Source: Salinivirgaceae bacterium
Lineage (GTDB): Bacteria; Bacteroidota; Bacteroidia; Bacteroidales; SZUA-534
Assembly: GCA_024405635.1 (NCBI GenBank)
Contig: JAKSOL010000011.1
Span: 15,906 to 79,905, forward strand
Length of the DNA stretch: 64,000 nt
Reading direction: 5' to 3'
Made by a program: the position numbers and the translations under genes. Shown here piece after piece: positions 1 to 9,130 of the stretch (within the stretch, counting starts at the first letter, position 1; each line of letters opens with the position of its first letter). The notes beneath the pieces are model-generated. The model was not told the DNA's origin and searched no databases. It saw only the letters and a list, made by a program, of their open reading frames with translations.

Positions 1-1
1 T

Positions 2-58
2 GAAAAGCTTAACGAAACGTACGGCGAATCAACAATTGATGAAATAATCTTAAAATAG
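2..58 (+). CDS. 3' end of an upstream gene (partial), possibly DUF721/DciA family
   Basis: Frame 2 reads EKLNETYGESTIDEIILK-stop(TAG 56-58), resembling the C-terminus of Bacteroidetes DUF721 proteins; only 18 codons are visible. Confidence 0.4.
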   Translation, partial: EKLNETYGESTIDEIILK

Positions 59-67
59 TTGCAAATG

Positions 68-97
68 TTTGCTAATTAACGATTTTTGTTACTTTTG
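68..97 (+). promoter_or_regulatory. Bacteroidetes primary-sigma promoter (-33 TTTG / -7 TACTTTTG)
   Basis: TTTG 68-71 and TAnnTTTG 90-97 with an 18-nt spacer, upstream of the 580-aa CDS. Confidence 0.55.
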
Positions 98-189
98 ACA
101 ACTTGAATTGAGTAGGCAAACAACAACGCAAGTTGCTTACCATCAATCACGAAGACAGTTTAAATAAATAATCAACTAATTGAACAATT

Positions 190-1932
190 ATGAGAAAAGG
201 TAAATTTCTAGCAGTTGCATCATTGGCTGTATTGCTTTCAGCATGCGGTGGAATGAGCAAAATGGCAAAAATGGCTTCAGACGTACAGTATGAAGTACTA
301 CCAAAAGTATTGGAGTTACACGGCGATAGCGTAGCTCTTAAAGTAAACGTTACTTTCCCTCCAAAGTATTTCCAAAAAACAGCAACACTTGAGGTAACCC
401 CAGTGTTGAGATACGAAGGTGGCGAAGTTGCATTCCAAAGCATGACACTTCAAGGTGAATCAGTTCAAGCAAACAACAAAGTTGTATCATACGACAACGG
501 TGGAACTTTCACTTTTGAATCAAAAGTTAAATTTGAAGAGGCTATGCGTAAATCTGAATTGTATGCAAGCCTAAAAGCAAGCATCAAAGACGAGTCAGAA
601 GTATTGCCAGAGCAAAAAGTTGCAGACGGTGTAATGTCAACCGCATTGCTACTTGACAACAAAGCATTGGCTATTCCAGCTGCTGACAAATTCATGCGTG
701 TAACCGAAGACACCAAAGGTGCTACCATCTTCTTCGTTATCAACCAAGCTAGCATTGCTAACAAAGAGTTGAAAAAAGAAGAGTTGGCTCAACTACAAAA
801 CTACATTAAGAGCGTTGCAGCTAACGACCGTATGGAGTTCAAAGGCATTGAAATCAAAGCTTTTGCTTCACCTGACGGCGAAGAGTCGCTTAACGACAAA
901 TTGGCTGCAAACCGTATGAAAAACTCTGATTCTTACTTCAAAAACCAATTGAAAAAATCTAAAATCAAATTGGCTGACTCAGTAAACGTATCTTCATCTT
1001 CATTGGCTGAGGACTGGGACGGTTTCAAAACTTTGATGCAAGAATCTGACATTCAAGACAAAGAACTTATTCTTCGCGTTCTTTCAATGTACTCTGATCC
1101 TGTAGTACGCGAGCGTGAGATTAAAAACATTGCAGCTGCTTACGAAGAGGTAGCTGACAAAATCCTTCCACAACTTCGTCGTTCACAACTATCAGTAAAC
1201 GTTGCAGTTATTGGTCACTCTGACGAGGAAATTAAAGAGTTGATTGCAAATGGTTCTGAAGATTTGACAGTTGAGGAATTGCTTTACGCTGCTACTCTAG
1301 CAAGCGACAACAACGAAAAACTTTCAATCTACGAAAAAGCTGCTGCTAAATTTGGCGACGACTGGAGAACCAACAACAACGTAGGTTACATTAACTACGA
1401 AATGGGTAACCTAGCTGCTGCTAAAGCTGCATTTGAAAAAGCAAAAGAGGCTGATGCTAGCAACACTACCGTATTGAACAACTTAGGTTGCATCGCTATG
1501 ATGGAAGGTGACTACGCTGCTGCTAATGACTTCTTTACCGCTGCTGCTGGTGCAGGTCCACAAGTTAGCAACAACCAAGGTATTCTTGCAACCAAACAAG
1601 GCGACTATGAAAAAGCTATCAACTTGTTTGTAAGCAGCAAAGAAAACACATTCAACTGGGCTCTTGCTAAATTGTTGAACTACTCAAATACCAAAAACAC
1701 TGACGTATATGACGCTTCACTTGGTATCCTTGACAAAATTGAGGATCAATCAAGCGCAAAAATCCCATACTTGAAAGCTGTTATCTGCGCTCGCAAACAA
1801 GATTCAGAGGGCATGCTTAACAACCTTCGTGCAGCTGTTGAAAAAGACAACTCACTTGGTGCTTACGCAGCAAAAGATATTGAGTTCGCTCAATTTGCTG
1901 ACCAAGCAGCTTTCCAAGAGATTGCTAAATAA
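190..1932 (+). CDS. Lipoprotein with OmpA-like peptidoglycan-binding domain and C-terminal TPRs
   Basis: Lipobox LLSAC; OmpA-like motif AFASPDG...LNDKLAANR; TPR-like repeats (NNVGYI, NNLGCI, NNQGIL); strongly biased codon use. Confidence 0.8.
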   Translation: MRKGKFLAVASLAVLLSACGGMSKMAKMASDVQYEVLPKVLELHGDSVALKVNVTFPPKYFQKTATLEVTPVLRYEGGEVAFQSMTLQGESVQANNKVVSYDNGGTFTFESKVKFEEAMRKSELYASLKASIKDESEVLPEQKVADGVMSTALLLDNKALAIPAADKFMRVTEDTKGATIFFVINQASIANKELKKEELAQLQNYIKSVAANDRMEFKGIEIKAFASPDGEESLNDKLAANRMKNSDSYFKNQLKKSKIKLADSVNVSSSSLAEDWDGFKTLMQESDIQDKELILRVLSMYSDPVVREREIKNIAAAYEEVADKILPQLRRSQLSVNVAVIGHSDEEIKELIANGSEDLTVEELLYAATLASDNNEKLSIYEKAAAKFGDDWRTNNNVGYINYEMGNLAAAKAAFEKAKEADASNTTVLNNLGCIAMMEGDYAAANDFFTAAAGAGPQVSNNQGILATKQGDYEKAINLFVSSKENTFNWALAKLLNYSNTKNTDVYDASLGILDKIEDQSSAKIPYLKAVICARKQDSEGMLNNLRAAVEKDNSLGAYAAKDIEFAQFADQAAFQEIAK

Positions 1933-1950
1933 GTAAACTCTTATTCATAT

Positions 1951-1981
1951 AAAAAAAGGCAGCCTTAGGGTTGCCTTTTTT
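1951..1981 (+). terminator. Intrinsic terminator (bidirectional form)
   Basis: AAAAAAAGGCAGCC-TTAG-GGTTGCCTTTTTT just after the stop codon. Confidence 0.85.
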
Positions 1982-2034
1982 ATTGTTACTACTTACATTT
2001 ACTATATTTCTTAACCTCAACTAATTATTTGCAA

Positions 2035-2880
2035 ATGCGCCGTTTACTGATACTGCTTTGGCTTGTTGCAACAACTATTACGTGCCATGCCCAAGACTTG
2101 CTTGTTACTGCATCAGGCGACTCAATAAACTGCCAAGTTGTAAAAGTTGCACTCGATTCTGTACAATTCAGTTTTGTACGCGGGAGCAAAGAGTATATGG
2201 CTTTAATTCCTTTTGATCGTGTTGCAAAAATTGACCGAGGTTATTACACATGGCTTGACTCAATTAATTCCAGTGCCACTAACACCTATTATGAACTTTA
2301 TATTGAACCAATAAGTTTCTCTGCTTCTGCATCTTTTGGCATTGGTTATGCCGCTGGTGAAACAGGAGCAAAAGTGTCGAATGTGGTTTCGAAAAAACTG
2401 AAAATGGGTATAGTCTATTCGGCAAACGCTGTGTATTATTTTTCCCATCACGGAATTTGTGTTAGCATGATACAATATGCCTCATTATGCAAGAGTTGCA
2501 AATTGCGCAAAAAATTTATGGGAATTGGCTACTCGTACCGCGACTACATTAATACAGATACAAAAAGGTTTTTGTGGTTTGCTGATGCATATGTTGGTGT
2601 TGCTAATTTGAAAATAAACAACACTCGCGGCACATATAGCGAAGAAATAACCGGTTCTAATGTTGGTTTTAGTGCCAACGTTGGATTTGAAACTAAAGTA
2701 TTTTGGCGCTTTAACGTTGGTGGAAAAATAAACGCAACAACAGCATATCTCTCAAAAATTGAAAAGTCGTACGCCGATAATAACAAATTTTATTTCCCCG
2801 AAACCAAAGAACTTGGCAAAAACAACCGCATAAACCTTTCACACTTCGATTTGTGCGCGTTCATTCGGTTTGAACTATAG
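2035..2880 (+). CDS. Putative outer-membrane beta-barrel protein with small N-terminal domain (paralog 1)
   Basis: ATG 2035 preferred to TTG 2029; signal peptide ending CHA-Q; N-terminal QDLLVTASGDSINC; amphipathic beta strands; C-terminal FIRFEL. Confidence 0.65.
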   Translation: MRRLLILLWLVATTITCHAQDLLVTASGDSINCQVVKVALDSVQFSFVRGSKEYMALIPFDRVAKIDRGYYTWLDSINSSATNTYYELYIEPISFSASASFGIGYAAGETGAKVSNVVSKKLKMGIVYSANAVYYFSHHGICVSMIQYASLCKSCKLRKKFMGIGYSYRDYINTDTKRFLWFADAYVGVANLKINNTRGTYSEEITGSNVGFSANVGFETKVFWRFNVGGKINATTAYLSKIEKSYADNNKFYFPETKELGKNNRINLSHFDLCAFIRFEL

Positions 2881-2971
2881 TCAAAAAGCAAACTCGTTAC
2901 ATCATGCTAATCTATTTTGTTGATGTTGATATCATTTGTAAATTGCCATCCAATCCAACTATTGAAAATTT

Positions 2972-3826
2972 ATGAAACACTTATTTTGTCTATTGGCTTT
3001 TGCTTTTTGTGTATTTACTACAAATGCCCAAGATTTGCTTGTTACCAATGCTGGCGACTCAATAAACTGCAAAATACTTAACAAAACCAACGACGAGATA
3101 ATTGTAGAATTTGTTCGCGATGGACAAGTTAAAAGCACAACTCTGCCATTGGAGTATGTTTCAGTTGTAAACAAAGATTTTTATAGCTTGGAACAAAAAA
3201 ACAACAAATCAGAATCTGCTACAAAGACAAAGCATCAGCATTTTTCTGTAGCAATTTCTTCTGGTTTAAACATTGACCTTGCCGCAATGGGCGACGAAAC
3301 GATTAACGAAGAGCTAAGGGACCAACTCATAAATGGGTTTCATATAGCAGCCAAAGCAGCCTACTACTTTAACAACTACATAGGCATATCAACATCTGCT
3401 AGTAAAAATTATTCGTCGGCCGACATCAAATCATCATCGTTTAAAAGCAACCTACAAAAAAGTTTTGTTGGCGCTGGTGCTGCTTTTAGAATGCGCTTAG
3501 GAAAAGAAAGTCTTGGTTTACACTTATTTGCAAATATTGAAATGGGGGCAACTTTTCTCAATGAAAAAACAAATACAAGCTATTCAACAATCACCACCAA
3601 AGCTTGCTCTTTTGGAATAAACGAAACCATAGGAGCAGAGCTACAGATAATAAAAAACCTGTACTTAGGGCTTCATATAGAGTCGTTATCTAGTGTATTC
3701 TTCACAACTGAACAAACAACCAATATAAATGGAGTTGTCACTACTGAAACAATAGAACTTGAATTAGACGATTACATAGCACTTAATAATCTTAGTATAT
3801 CGGCAGGAATTCGCTACGCTTTTTAG
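2972..3826 (+). CDS. Putative outer-membrane beta-barrel protein (paralog 2)
   Basis: Signal peptide ending TNA-Q; QDLLVTNAGDSINC shared with the preceding gene; C-terminal GIRYAF fits a BamA beta-signal. Confidence 0.7.
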   Translation: MKHLFCLLAFAFCVFTTNAQDLLVTNAGDSINCKILNKTNDEIIVEFVRDGQVKSTTLPLEYVSVVNKDFYSLEQKNNKSESATKTKHQHFSVAISSGLNIDLAAMGDETINEELRDQLINGFHIAAKAAYYFNNYIGISTSASKNYSSADIKSSSFKSNLQKSFVGAGAAFRMRLGKESLGLHLFANIEMGATFLNEKTNTSYSTITTKACSFGINETIGAELQIIKNLYLGLHIESLSSVFFTTEQTTNINGVVTTETIELELDDYIALNNLSISAGIRYAF

Positions 3827-3865
3827 TTGACCCAAAATGTGTGCCGGCATTTTTCTACTATGCGG

Positions 3866-3896
3866 TTTGAAAATCACAACAACGCTCTTATATTTG
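3866..3896 (+). promoter_or_regulatory. Bacteroidetes promoter for the riboswitch-metX transcript
   Basis: TTTG 3866-3869 and TATATTTG 3889-3896 with a 19-nt spacer. Confidence 0.6.
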
Positions 3897-3930
3897 CCAC
3901 GCAAAACAAAAGGTCTAGGCCTTAATGTGA

Positions 3931-4047
3931 TGTTATATTGAAGAATGGAGAGATTAGGCTCGATGAAGTTCTAGCAACCTCTTCTCAACGAAGAAAAGGT
4001 GCTAATACCTAACCCAAAGCGGAATAGTCCGACAGGGAATTATAACA
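3931..4047 (+). promoter_or_regulatory. SAM-I (S-box) riboswitch
   Basis: P1 TGTTATA/TATAACA; P2 AGAAT/GTTCT with GATGAA kink-turn; P3 AGCAACCT/AGGTGCT; pseudoknot TTAGG/CCTAA; upstream of metX. Confidence 0.88.
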
Positions 4048-4058
4048 ACAGTTTGAAA

Positions 4059-4127
4059 ATGAAAGACTTAACCACTGGCCAATTAAACTACTTTTCGGCC
4101 TACACAAAATCGTCGATGCGCCTATAG
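4059..4127 (+). CDS. Possible 22-aa leader uORF (MKDLTTGQLNYFSAYTKSSMRL)
   Basis: ATG in A-rich context 12 nt after riboswitch P1; TAG at 4125-4127; no homology evidence. Confidence 0.3.
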   Translation: MKDLTTGQLNYFSAYTKSSMRL

Positions 4128-4247
4128 GTGCAGTAATCAATTAAGTTTCTTCAAAAAAAGCAACACACAACGTGTTGACGCAACTGCAAACAAATTATGG
4201 TGCAGCTGCTAATTATTTATTTAAATCGGCAATATAAATATCAGAAT

Positions 4248-5315
4248 ATGAGTAGCATAAAAGACAAATACTTGACTCACGACAACGGCAAAAGTTTGAA
4301 TTATTATACCACAAGCGAAGGACTAGACCTTGATTGCGGCGAGCATCTTGATGAACTTACTATTGCATACACAACATACGGCACCATGAATGCCGACCAA
4401 AGCAATGTTGTGTGGATTTGTCACGCATACACCGCCAACGCTGACCCAATTGATTGGTGGCCTGGCATGATTGGAGAAGGCAAATACTTTGATCCAAACA
4501 AGTACTTTATCGTGTGTGCCAATATTTTAGGTTCATGCTACGGAACAACAGGACCATTGAGCATTAATCCAAAAACTGGCAAACCATACTACCGTTCATT
4601 CCCTTTGACTACCGTGCGTGACCAAGTTCGTGCTCACGAGGTACTGCGCAAACACTTGGGTATCAAATCAATATGGCTAATATTAGGATGCTCTATTGGT
4701 GGACACCAAGCACTTGAATGGTGCGTTAGCAATCCTAACCTTATTAAAACGGCCATTTTTGTTGCTACAAATGCCAAAACAACACCATGGGTTACTGCAT
4801 TTAACGAAGCTCAGCGCATGAGCATTTTGGCCGACCCAACCTACCAAAACGACACACCCGATGGCGGTGCTGCAGGATTAGCTGCTGCTCGCGCTATGGC
4901 ACTTATTAGCTACCGCAACCGCGAGATTTACAATCGCACCCAGTCGGAGCCAGCAGCCAACAACGATATTCTTGACGGCTACCGCGCCAACTCGTACCAA
5001 CGCCACCAAGGCGACAAACTAGTTGACCGTTTTAATGCATACTCATACTACTCACTATCGAAAGCACTTGATTCACATAACGTTGGACGTGGCTACGGCG
5101 ATTTTAAAACAGCTTTGGGCCGCATCACCGCTCGCACGTTAGTAATTGGCATCGACACCGATATTTTGTTTCCTATTGATGACCAAAAAGCCATTCACGA
5201 GGGTATTGCAAACAGCCAAATGGAGATACTTCACTCCGACTACGGCCACGACGGATTTTTGCTTGAGTTTGAAAAACAAGTTGTTATGTACGACAAATTC
5301 TTGTTTGGCAAATAA
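4248..5315 (+). CDS. metX: Homoserine O-acyl(acetyl)transferase, MetX family
   Basis: CHAYTANAD, GSCYGTTGP, nucleophile GCSIGG, acid DILFP, catalytic GHDGFL; SAM riboswitch upstream; start ATG 4248 preferred. Confidence 0.9.
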   Translation: MSSIKDKYLTHDNGKSLNYYTTSEGLDLDCGEHLDELTIAYTTYGTMNADQSNVVWICHAYTANADPIDWWPGMIGEGKYFDPNKYFIVCANILGSCYGTTGPLSINPKTGKPYYRSFPLTTVRDQVRAHEVLRKHLGIKSIWLILGCSIGGHQALEWCVSNPNLIKTAIFVATNAKTTPWVTAFNEAQRMSILADPTYQNDTPDGGAAGLAAARAMALISYRNREIYNRTQSEPAANNDILDGYRANSYQRHQGDKLVDRFNAYSYYSLSKALDSHNVGRGYGDFKTALGRITARTLVIGIDTDILFPIDDQKAIHEGIANSQMEILHSDYGHDGFLLEFEKQVVMYDKFLFGK

Positions 5316-5353
5316 AAATTCTGTTCAACATCAAGTAAATTAAATAAGGCACT

Positions 5354-5392
5354 AAGCCGGCAACATATACACTATAGTTGCTGGCTTTTTTT
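5354..5392 (+). terminator. Intrinsic terminator after metX
   Basis: AAGCCGGCAAC...GTTGCTGGCTT followed by a T-run. Confidence 0.8.
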
Positions 5393-5446
5393 CTTGCAAA
5401 TAGTTGGGGTTTAGTGTTCCTTTGCCGAGTTTTTAAACAACAAAAA

Positions 5447-6286
5447 ATGCTTCAATTTTCAACAAAAAAAGCCCTTGGCGAATACCTTGACCAACAACGC
5501 CAATTGGGTAAAACAATAGGATTTGTGCCCACAATGGGTGCCTTACACGAAGGTCATGCATCACTTGTAAAAATTGCACGTAAAAGCACCGATATTGTTA
5601 CAGTGAGCGTGTTTGTTAACCCAACCCAATTTAACGACAAAAACGATTTGCAAAACTACCCTCGCACCGAGGAAAAAGATTGCCAATTGCTTGAGTCGCT
5701 TGGAGTTGATGCTGTTTTTCTTCCATCGGTTGACGAAATGTATCCCGAACCAGACACACGTGTGTTTGACTTTGCAGGAATTGACCGTGTAATGGAGGGC
5801 GAACATCGTCCAGGCCACTTTAACGGAGTAGCACAAGTGGTTAGCCGTTTGTTTGACATTGTTAATCCCGATAAAGCTTTTTTTGGAGAGAAAGATTACC
5901 AGCAAATTGCTATCATAAAACAAATGGTGAAAACATTAGGCTACAAACTAGAAATTGTGCCTTGCCCAATAGTTCGCGGAGCCGATGGTTTAGCATTAAG
6001 TTCGCGCAACGCATTGCTCACACCCGAACACCGCGCCGTTGCACCATTCATTCACAAGACATTGAGCCAAGTGCCAGCAATGGCAGCAACTAAAAGCCCT
6101 GCTGAAATATGCAATTGGGTAGTTGAAACCATCAATAGCCAACCATTGCTTGAGGCAGAATACTTTCAAATAGTTGACGATGAAACCATGATGCCTATAA
6201 ACACATTTACAAAAGGCCGTAAATCGGTTGGCTGCGTAACTGTATGGGCAGGAAAAGTTCGTTTGATTGACAACGTTGTATTCTAA
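5447..6286 (+). CDS. panC: Pantoate--beta-alanine ligase
   Basis: GFVPTMGALHEGH, FVNPTQF, RPGHFNGV, FGEKDYQQ, LALSSRN, RLIDN; start ATG 5447. Confidence 0.95.
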   Translation: MLQFSTKKALGEYLDQQRQLGKTIGFVPTMGALHEGHASLVKIARKSTDIVTVSVFVNPTQFNDKNDLQNYPRTEEKDCQLLESLGVDAVFLPSVDEMYPEPDTRVFDFAGIDRVMEGEHRPGHFNGVAQVVSRLFDIVNPDKAFFGEKDYQQIAIIKQMVKTLGYKLEIVPCPIVRGADGLALSSRNALLTPEHRAVAPFIHKTLSQVPAMAATKSPAEICNWVVETINSQPLLEAEYFQIVDDETMMPINTFTKGRKSVGCVTVWAGKVRLIDNVVF

Positions 6287-6374
6287 CAAATCAGCAACAT
6301 TTAGGCACGAATTTTGAAAGGGAAAAACCAAACGAAATTGATTAAATTTGCCGCCCATAAAAACATAGGTTGCA

Positions 6375-6728
6375 ATGTTTATTGAAGTTGTAAAATCGAA
6401 GATACACAAGGCCACAGTAACACAGGCTAATCTGCAGTATGTAGGCAGCATAACCATTGACGAAGATTTAATGGATGCCGCAAACATTATTGAACACGAA
6501 AAAGTGCAAGTGCTTGATGTTAATAACGGTGAGCGCCTTGAAACATACGTAATAAAAGGAGAGCGTGGGTCAGGCTGTATTTGTCTTAATGGCGCAGCTG
6601 CTCGCAAAGTACAAGTTGGCGACGTGGTAATAATAATTTCGTATGCATCAATGGATTTTGAAGAGGCAAAAACCTTTAAACCAACTTTTATTTTCCCCGA
6701 CACTGCAACCAACTCTTTAATTAAATAA
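6375..6728 (+). CDS. panD: Aspartate 1-decarboxylase
   Basis: [10 protein letters not shown], self-cleavage site [23 protein letters not shown]. Confidence 0.95.
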   Translation: MFIEVVKSKIHKATVTQANLQYVGSITIDEDLMDAANIIEHEKVQVLDVNNGERLETYVIKGERGSGCICLNGAAARKVQVGDVVIIISYASMDFEEAKTFKPTFIFPDTATNSLIK

Positions 6729-6870
6729 ATAGCAATAGAAGAAGTTATTTGACAATTAAAAAATTGATTGTCAGCAAATTGATTTTATTGATAAAAAAAA
6801 CGTGTTGGTAAAAAACAATAGGTCTTATCAGTAATAAAAACTACTTTTAGCGCGCTTTGATTCTAAAATT

Positions 6871-7317
6871 ATGAAAAAGACAATCGTAATAAGTTTGTTT
6901 GCTGTTATTGCAACCATTTTCGTATCGTGCAAAATGGACCACCAAAACCGTTATATTGGAGTATGGGAGCGAGTGTCATTCTCAAACCCAGACTCAGCAG
7001 ACCGCCGTTCAGAATGGACTTTCTATGCTGGCGACAAGCTTGAAATTGCTACAGTTTACATTGAGGGCCGCAAAAAAGACTCAACTCTAAACGACACTAT
7101 AAACTTTGAACAATACGTATATTCAACCGAAGGCCACACTCTCAACATTTATGGCATTAACGGCGATGAAGATTATGATCCAGCATCGGGCAACATACGT
7201 GGCAATTATTGGGTTGACGAGTTGAAAAAAGGCAAACGTATCAAAATGACACGTCGCCAACATCCCGACGGTTCAACAGGTGCGGCATTCTACCGCATTG
7301 AACTCACTAAAAAATAA
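6871..7317 (+). CDS. Hypothetical lipoprotein (lipocalin-like)
   Basis: Lipobox FVSC; IGVW motif near the N-terminus; stop overlaps radA start (TAATG). Confidence 0.65.
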   Translation: MKKTIVISLFAVIATIFVSCKMDHQNRYIGVWERVSFSNPDSADRRSEWTFYAGDKLEIATVYIEGRKKDSTLNDTINFEQYVYSTEGHTLNIYGINGDEDYDPASGNIRGNYWVDELKKGKRIKMTRRQHPDGSTGAAFYRIELTKK

Positions 7318-8681
7318 TGGCTACAAAGCCAAAAATTGCATACATCTGCCAAGAGTGCGGAGCATCGTCGCCAAAATGGATTGGCAAATGCCCGTCATGC
7401 GGTAATTGGAATACATACACCGAAGAGGTTATTGCTTCAACACCGTCAAGTGCTCGCAATCAAGCAATTTTTACATCGTCGAGCACTCAAACCCCAATTC
7501 TGATTAAAGATATTGTTGAGCGCAACCACGAACGCACATCAACCCAAAGCATGGAATTTGACCGAGTTTTGGGTGGCGGTGTTGTTCCCGGTGCAGTTAT
7601 TTTGTTTGGTGGCGAACCTGGAATAGGAAAATCAACTTTACTGCTACAAGTTGCAGGAAAATACACAGGTACAGTATTTTACGCTTCAGGAGAAGAAAGC
7701 GGAGAGCAAATTAAAATGCGTGCCACCCGATTGAAGGTTGACGACTCAAAAATTTACTTCATTAGCGATACTTCGTGTGAAAACATTATTAATCAAGCAC
7801 GCCAACTAAAACCCGATTTACTAATTGTAGATTCAATTCAAACAATGCGCGTTGAATACATTGAATCGACATCGGGCTCGATTTCACAAATTCGCGAGTG
7901 CGCTCAATTGTTGCAACAATTTGCCAAAGAAACGGCAACACCTGTAATAATTGTTGGCCACATTACTAAAGATGGTTCGTTGGCTGGCCCAAAAGTGCTT
8001 GAACATGTGGTAGATACAGTGCTGCAATTTGAGGGCGACATGCGTTTTTATTACCGCATTTTGCGCGCACACAAAAACCGATTTGGTTCAACATCGGAGA
8101 TTGGCATTTTTGAAATGAACGAAGAAGGTTTGCAAGAAGTGCTTAACCCATCTGAATTTTTGCTAGCAAATCATACCGAGCAATATAGTGGCATTGCAAC
8201 CGCAGCAGCTATTGAAGGAATTAGACCTTTTATGATTGAGGTTCAAGCACTTGTGAGTTCGGCAGTGTATGGAACACCTCAACGCTCGACCACTGGTTTT
8301 GACAGCCGCCGACTAAATATGTTACTTGCAGTACTTGAAAAGAAAGTGGGATTTAAGTTGGCAACCAAAGACGTTTTTCTGAACATAGCTGGTGGCATTC
8401 GAGTATCGGACCCAACAATTGATCTTGCAGTTGCTGCTGCAATTTTGTCGTCGGACATTGACCGACCACTACGCCGGGGCGATTGTTTTGTTGGCGAAAT
8501 TGGACTCTCGGGCGAAATTCGTCCCACTGGTCGACTTGAGCAACGCATAAGCGAAGCTGCAAAATTGGGTTACAAACGAATTTTTGCTCCAGTACAAGCC
8601 AAAGGTGCAAATCGTTTTGACAAATACCCCATTGAGATAAAATTTGTAGAAAAAATTGAGCAAGTGATTACCAATTTTTAA
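7317..8681 (+). CDS. radA: DNA repair protein RadA/Sms
   Basis: Zn finger CQEC...CPSC, Walker A GEPGIGKS, KNRFG motif, Lon-like C-terminus GEIGLSGEIR. Confidence 0.97.
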   Translation: MATKPKIAYICQECGASSPKWIGKCPSCGNWNTYTEEVIASTPSSARNQAIFTSSSTQTPILIKDIVERNHERTSTQSMEFDRVLGGGVVPGAVILFGGEPGIGKSTLLLQVAGKYTGTVFYASGEESGEQIKMRATRLKVDDSKIYFISDTSCENIINQARQLKPDLLIVDSIQTMRVEYIESTSGSISQIRECAQLLQQFAKETATPVIIVGHITKDGSLAGPKVLEHVVDTVLQFEGDMRFYYRILRAHKNRFGSTSEIGIFEMNEEGLQEVLNPSEFLLANHTEQYSGIATAAAIEGIRPFMIEVQALVSSAVYGTPQRSTTGFDSRRLNMLLAVLEKKVGFKLATKDVFLNIAGGIRVSDPTIDLAVAAAILSSDIDRPLRRGDCFVGEIGLSGEIRPTGRLEQRISEAAKLGYKRIFAPVQAKGANRFDKYPIEIKFVEKIEQVITNF

Positions 8682-8710
8682 TGGTAATTTGCTGTAAAAC
8701 ACATAATTCG

Positions 8711-9124
8711 ATGAACGAAAAAATTGCTTTTCTAAACCAATACACCAAAGACACTTTAATAGATTATCTTGGTATTAAATACACTTGTTGCGGTGATGGA
8801 TTTTTGGAAGCAACAATGCCAATTGACCGCCGTACCCAAACTCCTGTAAAAATTGCTCACGGCGGCGCGCTTATGGCACTTGTTGAATCGGTAGGAAGCG
8901 CTTTGTCGTTTTTGCATGTCGATTTAAATACACAAGATGTACGTGGACTAGAAATAAACGGCAACCATTTGAAAGGAACTCCTGCCGGAAAAACTGTTAC
9001 TGCACGAGCCACTATGCTTCATTGCGGCAAACGCACCCATGTATGCGAGGTGAAAATATATAACGAAGATGGTCAGTTGGTTAATGTGAGCCGCATGACA
9101 AATATTGTTGTAGATAAAAAGTAA
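8711..9124 (+). CDS. menI: Hotdog-fold thioesterase, probably DHNA-CoA hydrolase (MenI/PaaI family)
   Basis: HGGALMALVESVGS, GLEINGNHL; immediately upstream of menF-menD; start ATG 8711. Confidence 0.75.
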   Translation: MNEKIAFLNQYTKDTLIDYLGIKYTCCGDGFLEATMPIDRRTQTPVKIAHGGALMALVESVGSALSFLHVDLNTQDVRGLEINGNHLKGTPAGKTVTARATMLHCGKRTHVCEVKIYNEDGQLVNVSRMTNIVVDKK

Positions 9125-9130
9125 CTTGCT

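Noticed and set aside
4197-4247. Longest-ORF start extensions (metX 4197; likewise panC 5378, menD 10164, CHAT 17512, PP2C 29257, rarA 60351, rpoN 61919)
   Set aside because: The extensions overlap terminators, promoters or upstream genes; the downstream ATGs give family-typical N-termini or proper signal peptides.
5996-6712. 238-aa minus-strand ORF
   Set aside because: Antisense shadow of panC and panD, which carry complete family motifs.
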